The position numbers were made by a program, and so were the translations under genes. This document shows positions 7,300-16,209 of a DNA stretch of 62,478 nt, in pieces. Position 1 is the first letter of the stretch. Every line of letters starts with the position of its first letter. A model generated the notes under the pieces. The model ran no database searches and was not told the DNA's origin. It saw only the letters and a program-made list of their open reading frames with translations. Source of the stretch: Gemmatimonadales bacterium (GTDB lineage Bacteria > Gemmatimonadota > Gemmatimonadetes > Gemmatimonadales > GWC2-71-9); NCBI GenBank assembly GCA_036002655.1, contig DASYTD010000139.1:1-62478 (forward strand), given 5' to 3'.

Positions 7300-8921
7300 C
7301 AGATACTCAGGGTGACCATGTCGGGCCGCCGGTACAGCCAGATGAGGAACAACGTCTTCACGACGAAGATCGCGGAGATCATCGAGGCGGCGATACCGAT
7401 GATCAGCGTGATGGCGAAGCCCTGCACCGGGCCTGTCCCGACGGCATACAGAATGAGCGCGGTGAGGGCGGTGCTGACGTTCGAGTCCACGATGGCGTTC
7501 ATCGCATGCAGGAAGCCTTCATCGACGGCCAGCCGCAGCGACTTGCCGTGAACCAGCTCTTCACGAATGCGCTCGAAGATCAGCACGTTCGCATCTACCG
7601 CGATGCCGATGGACAGCACGAATCCCGCAAGGCCGGGCAGCGTCAGCGTGAAGCCGAACGCCGCCAATCCCGCCAGCGTGAACAGGCAGTAGAGGGTGAG
7701 TGCCGCGACGGCGAGGGCGCCCGCCATCCGGTAATAGCCGACCATGATCACGATCACCACGACGATGCCGACGACTCCGGCGATGATCCCGTCCTTGATG
7801 GAGTCGGCGCCGAGCGACGGGCCGATCGTGCGCTCTTCGACGATCGTGAGCGGCGCCGGCAGGGCGCCCGCCCGGAGCACCAGCGCCAGGTCGCTCGCTT
7901 CCTGGAGCGGCTTGGTGCCGAGCTCGATCTGCCCATTGGCGCCAATCTGACTGCGGATCACCGGCGGTTGACCCTGCACGCGGCCGTCCAAGATGATCGC
8001 CATGTAATCGCCGATGTGACGTGCGGTCTCCTGGGAGAACACGCGGGCGCCGCGGCGGCTGAGCTGGAAGGCGACGATGGACTGATTGGTCATCTGGTCG
8101 CGCCGGGCGACGGCCTTGATCAGCTCCTCGCCCGTGATGATGGGCCGCGAGTCGACGGCGTAGAGGGCGCGGTACGCGCGCGCCCCGCGCGATTCCGACT
8201 GCGCGCCCCACCGCAGCTCGACCCCGCGCGGCATCGCCGCGCGCACATCAGGCCGCTGAATCAGGCTGTCCACCAGCGGCCACTGCTCTTCGGGCACGAG
8301 GTACTCGCCGGCGAGCTGCCCCTGGAACAAGAGCGACGAGAGGACGCCGGGCGTGTTGGCATCCGCCGCCGAATCGCGAGCCGCTTTGCTCGTGTCGCCG
8401 CCGAACAGCTGGGCGACTGCGGAGGGCGCGGCGGCGCCGCGAGACTTGATGCCGGCGCGCCGCAGCGCGGCATCCATTTGCGGCAACGCGTCCTTGAACT
8501 GGTTCCGCATGTCCGTGATGCGAAACTCGAGGAACGCGGTGCGCTGGACGACGCTCTTGGCGCGCGCGGGATCTTTCTCGCCGGCGAGCTCGACGATAAG
8601 CCGGCAACGGCCCTGGATCTGAACCACAGGCTCCGTCGTGCCGAACTCGTCGATGCGCGTCCGCACCACGCGCTCCGCGCGCTGGATCGCATCGGCGCAA
8701 TCAGGGACCGGACCTTTGGACTGATCGACTTCGAGCGCCAGATGGATGCCGCCCTGGAGATCGAGTCCCAGGTTGATCGGCAGGCGCCGCACCGTCGTGT
8801 CCCGCATCCGGCCGGTGTTGGGGTCAATCACGCGCTGCTTGCTGTTGCGCGGCACGAGCGAGACGATGCTCGCCACGAGCAGTAACCCGATCACATACAG
8901 CCGCCGCCGAATCTTCTCCAT
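7299..8921 (-). CDS. secD: protein translocase subunit SecD
   Basis: 540 aa. Contains LGLDLQGGIHL and the C-terminal TM bundle IGIAVDANVLIFERIREE. Confidence 0.9.
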   Translation of the reverse strand: MEKIRRRLYVIGLLLVASIVSLVPRNSKQRVIDPNTGRMRDTTVRRLPINLGLDLQGGIHLALEVDQSKGPVPDCADAIQRAERVVRTRIDEFGTTEPVVQIQGRCRLIVELAGEKDPARAKSVVQRTAFLEFRITDMRNQFKDALPQMDAALRRAGIKSRGAAAPSAVAQLFGGDTSKAARDSAADANTPGVLSSLLFQGQLAGEYLVPEEQWPLVDSLIQRPDVRAAMPRGVELRWGAQSESRGARAYRALYAVDSRPIITGEELIKAVARRDQMTNQSIVAFQLSRRGARVFSQETARHIGDYMAIILDGRVQGQPPVIRSQIGANGQIELGTKPLQEASDLALVLRAGALPAPLTIVEERTIGPSLGADSIKDGIIAGVVGIVVVIVIMVGYYRMAGALAVAALTLYCLFTLAGLAAFGFTLTLPGLAGFVLSIGIAVDANVLIFERIREELVHGKSLRLAVDEGFLHAMNAIVDSNVSTALTALILYAVGTGPVQGFAITLIIGIAASMISAIFVVKTLFLIWLYRRPDMVTLSI

Positions 8922-8930
8922 CGCCTCTCT

Positions 8931-9842
8931 CTACCGGTTGAGGGTCGCCCGCGCCGCCTGGCGGTCGCGCTCGAGCTGCGCCACCAGCGCTTCGCGGGAC
9001 GGGAACGCCTGCACCGCGCGCAGGCGACGGACCCATTCCACGTCGACGGTCTTTCCGTACAGCTCGCCGTCGAAATCAAATAAATGCACTTCGAGTGTCC
9101 GCGCCTGCTCGCCGAACGTCGGCCGCGGCCCTTGGTTCATCATGCCGCCGTAGCGTTGCCCGTTTCCCGTTTCCGGTTTCCCGATGGTCACGCGCACCGC
9201 ATACACCCCGTCGGGCGGCAACAGTTTCCGGTCATCGGGCGGCTCCAGATTGATCGTCGGGACACCGATCGTCCGACCCCGACCCGCGCCCCGCACCACC
9301 GTGCCGCGGATCCCATAGGGGCGTCCCAACCACCGGGCCGCCGCATCGAGATCTCCGTGCGCCAACGCGGTGCGGATGAGCGTCGACGAGATCGGTTGTC
9401 CGTTCTGGCGGACCGCGTCCACGACCGCCATCGCAAAGCCCTGTGCCCGCGCCAACCGTTGCACCGAGTCCACATCGCCGGCGCGGCCACGGCCGAACCC
9501 GTGATCATACCCCATCACGAGCTCGCGCATCGCGTACTCATCACGCAGCCGGTGCACGAACGCCTCCGCGTCGAGCTGCGCCACCGCCGGCGTAAACGGC
9601 ATCACCACGAACTGCTCGATGCCCTGCGCCGCAACCAGCTCCCGCTTTTCTTCGGGCAGCGTCAGTAGCTTCGGCGCCGCCGCCGGATTCACTACGACGA
9701 GCGGATGCGGCTCGAACGTGACGAGCACGCTCGTCAACCCGTTCGCCCGCGCGCGCCGCGTCACCTCGGCGAGCACCGCCTGGTGCCCGCGGTGCACGCC
9801 ATCGAACGTACCGCATGTCACGACCGCGCCGGGGGGAGACAT
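8931..9842 (-). CDS. ribF: bifunctional riboflavin kinase / FAD synthetase
   Basis: 303 aa. Contains GTFDGVHRGHQ, and GRPYGIRGTVVRGAGRGRTIGVPTINL in the kinase half. Confidence 0.9.
   Translation of the reverse strand: MSPPGAVVTCGTFDGVHRGHQAVLAEVTRRARANGLTSVLVTFEPHPLVVVNPAAAPKLLTLPEEKRELVAAQGIEQFVVMPFTPAVAQLDAEAFVHRLRDEYAMRELVMGYDHGFGRGRAGDVDSVQRLARAQGFAMAVVDAVRQNGQPISSTLIRTALAHGDLDAAARWLGRPYGIRGTVVRGAGRGRTIGVPTINLEPPDDRKLLPPDGVYAVRVTIGKPETGNGQRYGGMMNQGPRPTFGEQARTLEVHLFDFDGELYGKTVDVEWVRRLRAVQAFPSREALVAQLERDRQAARATLNR
9162..9182. repeat. heptamer array GTTTCCC/GTTTCCG/GTTTCCC (3 units) inside ribF
   Basis: Direct reading. Same unit as the arrays at 47601-47737. Encodes GKPETGN in a RibF loop. 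Confidence 0.8.
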
Positions 9843-10684
9843 TAGGCTTCCGCCACCACCACGCGCGGCTTCAGAAGGTCGCCTACCTGCTCCGCCACGG
9901 CCAGCAGCTCAGCACCCGAAAACAGCGCTATCGGGTATCGGCTATCGGCTACGAGGTCGCTCGTGATCGGGCGACCGTGCACCACGGCGTCCCTCTCCTT
10001 CTTATCTAGCTCGCGGCGCGGCAGATGCGCGACCAGGATCGCCGCATCCTGCAACGCGCCCGGCGTGACCGCTTCGGGCGCGACCGCATCTGCCAGGCGA
10101 AGCGGCCCGACGGCGGTGCGCCGCAATGCCGTCAGATGCGCGCCGCATCCCAGCGCGGCGCCGATATCCCGCGCCAGGGACCGGAGGTACGTCCCGGCGC
10201 TCACCGTCGCCCGGAACTGCAGATCGGGCACGGCCGCCTCGACGATCTCGAGCTCCGAGATTTCGACCCGGCGCGGCTCCGGTGCGACCGCTTCGCCGCG
10301 CCGCGCGCGCCGGTACGCGCGCTCGCCCGCGATCTTCACCGCCGAATACGCCGGCGGCCGCTGCTCGTAACCGCCGCGGAAGCTGCCGATCACGGCGGCG
10401 AGCTGCGCCGGCGTGACGCCGGTCCACGGCGCCGTGGCCACCACCGCTCCGGTGGCGTCGTCCGTGTCGGTCGTGACGCCGAGCCGGATCACCCCTTCGT
10501 ACGACTTGGGCCACTCCGCGGCGAACGGCGCGAGCCGCGTCGCCCGTCCCACGACGAGGACCAGCAGTCCTTTGGCGAACGGATCCAGCGTCCCCAGATG
10601 GCCGACGCGCTGTTCGCCGAGCGCGCGACGGACGATGTCCACGACATCATGGGACGTGGGGCCGGCCGGTTTGGCCACCAACAC
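9842..10684 (-). CDS. truB: tRNA pseudouridine(55) synthase TruB
   Basis: 280 aa. GTG start. Contains KPAGPTSHDVV and GHLGTLDPFAKGLLVL. Confidence 0.9.
   Translation of the reverse strand: MLVAKPAGPTSHDVVDIVRRALGEQRVGHLGTLDPFAKGLLVLVVGRATRLAPFAAEWPKSYEGVIRLGVTTDTDDATGAVVATAPWTGVTPAQLAAVIGSFRGGYEQRPPAYSAVKIAGERAYRRARRGEAVAPEPRRVEISELEIVEAAVPDLQFRATVSAGTYLRSLARDIGAALGCGAHLTALRRTAVGPLRLADAVAPEAVTPGALQDAAILVAHLPRRELDKKERDAVVHGRPITSDLVADSRYPIALFSGAELLAVAEQVGDLLKPRVVVAEA
9908..9952. repeat. ~45-nt repeated element with CTATCGG-type heptamers (copy 1, inside the truB 3' part)
   Basis: ctcagcacccgaaaacagcgctatcgggtatcggctatcggctac. About 84% identical (32/38 by hand alignment) to 14010-14055. Confidence 0.7.
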
Positions 10685-10698
10685 GAGTCCCCCGTCCT

Positions 10699-11055
10699 TC
10701 AGTCGTCCGACTCCTTGAGCTCCTTCAGAACGCGGTCGATGCGCTGCGCATGCTCGATGCCGCGGTCCAGATGAAAGTGCAGCTCCGGACTGGTCCGCAG
10801 GTGCAGCTCGTTCGAGAGCTGCGCGCGTAGATAGCGCGCGGCACTCGCCAATCCCTCGAGCGACTTGGCCTTTTCTTCTTCCGAACCCATCACGCTGACC
10901 CGCACGTTGGCGTGCGACAAGTCGGGCGACACCTCGACCCCGATGACCGTCACGAATCCGATCCGCGGGTCTCGGACGTCGCTCGTGAGGAACGCACCGA
11001 CGGCCTGGCGCACCACCTCGCCGACGCGCTCGGGACGATGCCGGTGACGTTTCAT
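10699..11055 (-). CDS. rbfA: ribosome-binding factor A
   Basis: Start trimmed to the internal ATG (MKRHRHRPERVGEVVRQAV...), because the longer ORF overlaps the upstream DUF503 gene. RbfA-like pattern DPRIGFVTVIGVEVSPDLSHANV. Confidence 0.85.
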   Translation of the reverse strand: MKRHRHRPERVGEVVRQAVGAFLTSDVRDPRIGFVTVIGVEVSPDLSHANVRVSVMGSEEEKAKSLEGLASAARYLRAQLSNELHLRTSPELHFHLDRGIEHAQRIDRVLKELKESDD

Positions 11056-11056
11056 C

Positions 11057-11338
11057 TCAGAGATAGCTCGTGCTGGTGTCCACGATGCGCGCGCCATCCG
11101 CTCCGGCGACCAACTGATCCGCCTCGCGCAGCACGCTTTCGGCATGGCGGCGGTCGGTGCTCACGACGGCGGCCGTCAGCTCCGCGCGCTGCCAGAGCTC
11201 GTGATGCCCCGTCTCGGCGACCGACACGTTGAAGCGGTTATGCATCCGATCCTTCAGGCTCTTGACGATCGTGCGCTTGTCCTTGAGTGACTGGCACGCC
11301 GGCAGATGCAGCTCCCACACCATCACACCGACGATCAC
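11057..11338 (-). CDS. DUF503 (YlxP-like) protein
   Basis: 93 aa ([22 protein letters not shown]...). Sits in the conserved position between infB and rbfA. GTGA overlap with the infB stop. Confidence 0.75.
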   Translation of the reverse strand: MIVGVMVWELHLPACQSLKDKRTIVKSLKDRMHNRFNVSVAETGHHELWQRAELTAAVVSTDRRHAESVLREADQLVAGADGARIVDTSTSYL

Positions 11339-14010
11339 GACTCAGCGGCGCTGAGCGAGCGGGCGACCTCCTCGATGCGGTATGATTCGATCAGATCGCT
11401 GACCTTGACGTCGTTGAAGTTCTCGATGCCGATGCCGCACTCGAAGCCCTCGCGGACCTCGCGCACGTCGTCCTTGAACCGTTTCAACGACGACAGCGTG
11501 CCATCGTACACCTCGACACCGTTGCGGATCACGCGCACGCGCCCCGTCCGCGGGATGACACCGCTGCGCACGAAGCATCCGGCGATCGTTCCCACCTTGG
11601 CGATCTTGAACGTCTGGCGCACTTCGGCCTCGCCCAGCACGACTTCCTTCTTCTCGGGCGCGAGCAGGCCTTCCATGGCCGACTTCACCTCTTCGACCGC
11701 CTCGTAGATGATGCGGTAGGTGCGGATTTCCACCCGCTCGCGATCCGCCGCCGCGCGCGCGTTGGAATCGGGGCGCACGTGGAAGCCCACGATGATCGCG
11801 CCCGAAGCCCGCGCCAGCAGCACGTCCGATTCCGTGATCGCGCCGACGCCGCGGTGCACGATCTCGACTTTCACCTCGGCCGTCGAGAGCTGCGCCAGCG
11901 CGTCGGCCAGTGCCTCGGCCGGACCGCCCTGATCGGCCTTGATGATGATGCGCAACGTCGCGACCCCGCCCGCCGCCGCTTCGGACATGAAGTCTTCGAG
12001 CGTCTTGACCCGCCCCGAACGGCGATGCTGCGCTTCGCGCTCGAGCCGCTGGCGCTTCTGCGCGATGTCGCGCGCCGCGGCCGCATCGTCCATCGCGAGG
12101 AAGCTGTCCCCCGCTTCCGGCACACCCTCGAAGCCGAGGATCTGCACCGGCGTGGAGGGTCCGACTTCGGTTTCCGTGCCGCCCCGCTCGTCGTACATGG
12201 CGCGGACGCGGCCGGAGTACTGCCCGCAGATGAAGTCGTCGCCCACGCGCAGCGTGCCGTTCTGAACCAGGATCGTCGCGAGCGCGCCCTTGCCGGGATC
12301 GAGCGACGCCTCGAGCACGGTCCCTTGCGCGCGGCGCTCGGGATTCGCCTTGAGATCGAGCAGCTCGGCTTGGAGCAGGATCTGCTCCTGGAGCTCTTCG
12401 ACGTTCGTGCCCTTCTTGGCGGAGATCGGCGTCGCCAGCGTGGTACCGCCGAACTCCTCGAGCACGACGCCGTGCGACAGGAGATCCTGCTTCACCTTCT
12501 GCACGTTGGCGCTAGGGAGGTCGATCTTGTTGATCGCGACCACGAGGGGCACGCCGGCGTTCTTGGCGTGCGAGATCGCCTCGATCGTCTGCGGCATGAT
12601 CGCGTCGTCGGCGGCCACGACCAGCACGACGATGTCGGTGACCTGCGCGCCGCGGGCGCGCATGGCGGTGAATGCCTCGTGCCCCGGGGTGTCGAGGAAC
12701 GTGATGCGGCGGCCGTCCTTCCGCGTGACCTGATACGCACCGATGTGTTGCGTGATGCCTCCGGCCTCACCGGCGACGACGTTCGTCTTGCGGATGTAGT
12801 CGAGAAGGGAGGTCTTGCCGTGGTCCACGTGACCCATGATCGTGACGACCGGCGGCCGCGGCTTGAGCGTCTCCGCGGCATCCGTGGTCACCTCGGTCTG
12901 GGTGGTGGCGTACTCCTCTTCACGCACGGCCTGGAACCCGAACGCCGACGCGATCAGCTCGATCATGTCGAAGTCGAGCCGCTGGTTGATCGTCACCATC
13001 TGCCCCAGCTCCTTGAAGGCGAAGGTGACGATCTGCGTCGGCGGGACTTTGAGCGTGCTCGCCAGCTCGGAAACGGTGACGAACTCCGTCACGCGCACCA
13101 GCGTCTTTTCGCGCTCGCGCTCCTCGCGGCGGCGCTCTTCCTGAACCTCGCGGAAGGTCGGGCCTTCCTCGCGGCGGTGGACGCCCTTCTTGCCGACCGG
13201 GGCCTTCAGCGTCGCGAGCGTGCGCGAAATGTTTTGCGCGACGGCTTCCTGATCCACCAGGGACTTCTTGCCCTTCTTGCGCTTCTTGCCCTTCTCGCGG
13301 CGCCGCTCGTCGAGCGGCGGTGCGCCAGGCGCGGCGGAGGCGACCGGCCGCGGCGGAACAGCGCCGCCGGGACCTGACGGTGTCGCGCGCGCGACAGGAC
13401 GCGGACGAACGGGCGTCGGAATGAACGGCCGCGGGGGGGGCGCGGACGGTGCGCCGGGGGGCGCCGTAAACGCCGGCGCCGCCGGGGCGGCGGAGGGCGG
13501 CGCCGGAGCGAATGTCAGACTTGCGGCGGGCGCCGGTGCCTCAGCCGGTTCTGCCGGCGCGAGATCCTTGAACAGCGCCGCAGCGCGTTCCTCGAGTGAG
13601 GCGGCGGGACGCTCTTCTTCTTGCTCGCGCGCGGCCGTCTCGAGGGCCAGGCGCGCGATTTCCGCCGCGGCGGCTTCCTCAGCGGCCGCTTCTGCGGCAG
13701 CGGCATCGGCGGCGGCAACTTCGGCGGCGGTGCGGCGGCGGCGCTTCGGACGGCTGTCACCCGCAACGACCGGCTCCGGCACCGGCTCGAGAATCTTGGC
13801 CGCGGCGCGGCGCCGTTTCGGCGGCGTCGACGGCTGTTTCTGCTTGCGCTTGTCGCGCTCCCAGCGCGCGCGCATCAGCGACACTTGCTCGTCCTTGAGC
13901 GGCGTCAGGTGACTGCGCACGAAGATGTCCATCTCCTTGAGCATGCCCATCAGCTGCTCGCTGGAGATCCCGAACTCTGCCGCTAAGTCATGAATCCGCG
14001 TCGTTGCCAC
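11335..14010 (-). CDS. infB: translation initiation factor IF-2
   Basis: 891 aa. Ala/Pro-rich N-terminal region, G domain [12 protein letters not shown]...DTPGHEAF...NKID. GTG start preceded by GGAGGA. Confidence 0.95.
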   Translation of the reverse strand: MATTRIHDLAAEFGISSEQLMGMLKEMDIFVRSHLTPLKDEQVSLMRARWERDKRKQKQPSTPPKRRRAAAKILEPVPEPVVAGDSRPKRRRRTAAEVAAADAAAAEAAAEEAAAAEIARLALETAAREQEEERPAASLEERAAALFKDLAPAEPAEAPAPAASLTFAPAPPSAAPAAPAFTAPPGAPSAPPPRPFIPTPVRPRPVARATPSGPGGAVPPRPVASAAPGAPPLDERRREKGKKRKKGKKSLVDQEAVAQNISRTLATLKAPVGKKGVHRREEGPTFREVQEERRREEREREKTLVRVTEFVTVSELASTLKVPPTQIVTFAFKELGQMVTINQRLDFDMIELIASAFGFQAVREEEYATTQTEVTTDAAETLKPRPPVVTIMGHVDHGKTSLLDYIRKTNVVAGEAGGITQHIGAYQVTRKDGRRITFLDTPGHEAFTAMRARGAQVTDIVVLVVAADDAIMPQTIEAISHAKNAGVPLVVAINKIDLPSANVQKVKQDLLSHGVVLEEFGGTTLATPISAKKGTNVEELQEQILLQAELLDLKANPERRAQGTVLEASLDPGKGALATILVQNGTLRVGDDFICGQYSGRVRAMYDERGGTETEVGPSTPVQILGFEGVPEAGDSFLAMDDAAAARDIAQKRQRLEREAQHRRSGRVKTLEDFMSEAAAGGVATLRIIIKADQGGPAEALADALAQLSTAEVKVEIVHRGVGAITESDVLLARASGAIIVGFHVRPDSNARAAADRERVEIRTYRIIYEAVEEVKSAMEGLLAPEKKEVVLGEAEVRQTFKIAKVGTIAGCFVRSGVIPRTGRVRVIRNGVEVYDGTLSSLKRFKDDVREVREGFECGIGIENFNDVKVSDLIESYRIEEVARSLSAAES

Positions 14011-14055
14011 TCATTCCTCCGAAAAAACCGCTATCAGCTATCGGCTCTCGGCTAC
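14010..14055. repeat. ~45-nt repeated element with CTATCGG-type heptamers (copy 2; spans the ylxQ stop and the infB RBS)
   Basis: ctcattcctccgaaaaaaccgctatcagctatcggctctcggctac. Paralogous to 9908-9952. Confidence 0.7.
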
Positions 14056-14337
14056 CAAGCCGCGCGCGAGGGCGGGATCTGAGACTCCGACCGCCTGCAC
14101 CGCGGGCCGTCCAAGTGCCATCCCCAGTTCGGCCGCAGCCGGCCCCCGGAGCATGGGGATTTTCCGTGCTTCCGCGAGCCGCGTCACCTTTTCCATCGTG
14201 CGCTGGCCGGCATCCGCCGCCAGCACCACGCACACCACCTTGCCCCGTTGCAACCCTGCCCGCACACCCGCCACCCCGATCACCACGGTGCCCGCCCGCA
14301 CGCCCAGGCCAAGCAGGCGGGTGATCCTCGTGCTCAC
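14038..14337 (-). CDS. L7Ae/YlxQ family RNA-binding protein
   Basis: 99 aa. Contains LGLGVRAGTVVIG...KVVCVVLAADAG. Sits in the conserved nusA-ylxQ-infB position. GTGA overlap with nusA. Confidence 0.75.
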   Translation of the reverse strand: MSTRITRLLGLGVRAGTVVIGVAGVRAGLQRGKVVCVVLAADAGQRTMEKVTRLAEARKIPMLRGPAAAELGMALGRPAVQAVGVSDPALARGLVAESR

Positions 14338-15665
14338 GCCGAGGCCTTCCCGGCTTCCTCCTCTTCGCCGCCTTCTTCCGTCATCTCATTGAGGAAGGCC
14401 ATCATCTTGTCGGCGAGATCGGCCGTCATGCCCGGGATTTTGTCCACGTCCTCGCGCTCCAAATCGAGGATGTCCTGGAGCGTCTTTTTCCCGGCTTGCT
14501 CGAGGACCGCGACCAGCTCGGGCGACAGCCCTTTCATCTCGGTGAGCGCCACCTGCGTCACGGATGATTGATCGGCCGGCGGCAGCGGCGCGAACAGCGG
14601 CCCTTCACCACCCCTCTCCAGCCATTCGCGGCTCGAATAGAGATCCACCTTCCATCCGGTCAGCTCAGACGCGAGGCGCACGTTCTGGCCGTTGCGTCCG
14701 ATGGCGAGCGAGAGCTGGTCTTCATCCACGATCGCTTGAATCGTCTTCGACTCGGGGTCGGAGAACACACGCGCCACACGTGCGGGTGCGAGCGAGAGCT
14801 TCGCGAACCGCTCCGGATCGGACGACCACGGCACGATATCGATGCGCTCGCCGTTGAGCTCGTTCACGACCGCCTGCACACGCGAGCCCTTGAGGCCGAC
14901 GCACGCGCCGACGGGATCGATGGAATCGTCACGCGACCAGACCGCGATCTTGGTGCGGCTGCCCGCCTCGCGCGCGGTGGCGCGAATCTCGACGATTTGT
15001 TGCTGGATCTCGGGGACTTCGAGCTTGAAGAGCGCCTTCACGAACAGCGGATCGGCACGCGACAGAATGAGGCGCGGGCCTTTCGGCGTTTCCTCGATGC
15101 GCTTCAAGACCGCGCGAATCGTGTCGCCCTGATGGAAGTGCTCGCGATGGTTCTGGTCGCGATACGGGATGATGGCTTCCGCTTCGCGGAACTTGTTGAG
15201 CATCACGACGATCTTGCCGCGCTCGATCTGCTGCACCTCGCCCGAGAGCAGCTCCCCGACCTTGCCGGAGAACTCCTCGCGAATGCGGGTGCGCTCGCCC
15301 TCCCGGACGCGCTGGATGATGCGCTGCTTGGCGGCCTGCACGGCCGTGCGGCCGAACTGCTCGAAGGGGACTTCCTCTTCCAGGACATCGCCGGGCTGGA
15401 ATTCGGGATCTTCGTAGCGGGCCTCTTCGAGCGACACCTGGGTGCCCGGATCCTCGATCGTTTCGACGACGGTCTTGAGAACGACGATCCGGATCGAGCC
15501 CTTCAGCTCGTCAATGCCGATCTCGGCGCGCACGTTGGGACCGTAGCGCTTCACGAGGGCGGCGTGGAGGCCGTCCTTGAGCAGATCGATCAGCTCGCTC
15601 CGCTCCAGCTGCTTGGTGTTTGTGAGCTCTCGGATTGCCGAGACTACATCGGTTGCGTTGGCCAT
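14334..15665 (-). CDS. nusA: transcription termination/antitermination factor NusA
   Basis: 443 aa. N-terminal domain, S1 and KH regions (GSRTKIAVWSRDDSIDPVGACVGLKGSRVQAV; IGRNGQNVRLASELTGWKVDL), and an acidic C-terminus. Confidence 0.95.
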   Translation of the reverse strand: MANATDVVSAIRELTNTKQLERSELIDLLKDGLHAALVKRYGPNVRAEIGIDELKGSIRIVVLKTVVETIEDPGTQVSLEEARYEDPEFQPGDVLEEEVPFEQFGRTAVQAAKQRIIQRVREGERTRIREEFSGKVGELLSGEVQQIERGKIVVMLNKFREAEAIIPYRDQNHREHFHQGDTIRAVLKRIEETPKGPRLILSRADPLFVKALFKLEVPEIQQQIVEIRATAREAGSRTKIAVWSRDDSIDPVGACVGLKGSRVQAVVNELNGERIDIVPWSSDPERFAKLSLAPARVARVFSDPESKTIQAIVDEDQLSLAIGRNGQNVRLASELTGWKVDLYSSREWLERGGEGPLFAPLPPADQSSVTQVALTEMKGLSPELVAVLEQAGKKTLQDILDLEREDVDKIPGMTADLADKMMAFLNEMTEEGGEEEEAGKASA

Positions 15666-15700
15666 TCGGTCCTCGGTCCTCAGTCCTCAGTCATCGGTGC
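15666..15700. repeat. heptamer array TCRGTCC x4-5 (minus-strand GGACYGA) between rimP and nusA
   Basis: tcggtcc tcggtcc tcagtcc tcagtca tcggtgc, starting directly after the nusA start codon. Contains the rimP stop. Confidence 0.85.
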
Positions 15701-16138
15701 CAGCCGCGCATCTTGCAGTTCGGCAAGCCGGTATTGCTGCGCTGGCTTGCCCTCAGGCTCGAGCACCACGGTCTCCGGCGTGGGGACCGACACGATCCGG
15801 GCCCGCACCCGGCCCACCCCCGCCAGCTTTACGTTGACGTCGCGGCCCACGAACTGCGCCCAGTGCCGGTGCCAGCGCACGGGTCGCTCGATCCCCGGGC
15901 TGGAAACTTCCAGCACGTAGCGATTGCCCAAGGGGCCACCCCCGCCGGAGTCGAGCCATTGCTCCAACGCCCGGCTGACCCGGCTGCAGTCTTCGACCGT
16001 GACGTTCCGTGGCGGACAGTCGATGCGGACTTGGACGAGCGGCCGGTTCAGCGTACCGCCGATGCGCAGGTCGGCCAAATCGAAGCCCAGCGCTTCCAGC
16101 CGGGTCCGAAAGGCCTCGACGAGACTCTCAGTAAGCAT
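15680..16138 (-). CDS. rimP: ribosome maturation factor RimP
   Basis: 152 aa. Contains YVLEVSSPGIERPV. First gene of the rimP-nusA-infB unit. Confidence 0.9.
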   Translation of the reverse strand: MLTESLVEAFRTRLEALGFDLADLRIGGTLNRPLVQVRIDCPPRNVTVEDCSRVSRALEQWLDSGGGGPLGNRYVLEVSSPGIERPVRWHRHWAQFVGRDVNVKLAGVGRVRARIVSVPTPETVVLEPEGKPAQQYRLAELQDARLAPMTED

Positions 16139-16140
16139 GC

Positions 16141-16170
16141 AAAAAAAAGCGCGGGCCGAACTTCGCCCGC
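16141..16170 (-). terminator. intrinsic terminator-like hairpin + U8 in the rimP leader (candidate attenuator)
   Basis: Minus-strand RNA reads GCGGGC-GAAGUUCG-GCCCGC-GC-UUUUUUUU-GC-AUG. The stem is 16151-16156/16165-16170 and the A8 run is 16141-16148 on the plus strand. It ends 2 nt before the rimP ATG. Confidence 0.55.
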
Positions 16171-16181
16171 TTCAAGGAGGG

Positions 16182-16209
16182 AATGTAGCCGGGGTCACCC
16201 GAGTGTCAA
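16182..16209 (-). promoter_or_regulatory. sigma70-like promoter of the rimP-nusA-infB operon
   Basis: Minus strand: TTGACA (16209->16204, overlapping the pgeF TGA), 16-nt spacer, TACATT (16187->16182). Confidence 0.5.

Noticed and set aside
11779-13377. 532-aa plus-strand ORF inside infB (and 14568..15920 inside nusA, 7506..8885 inside secD, 4424..5596 inside fhs, 21007..22164 inside gatB)
   Set aside because: All are antisense shadows of unambiguous housekeeping genes in a high-GC genome, and none shows a motif.
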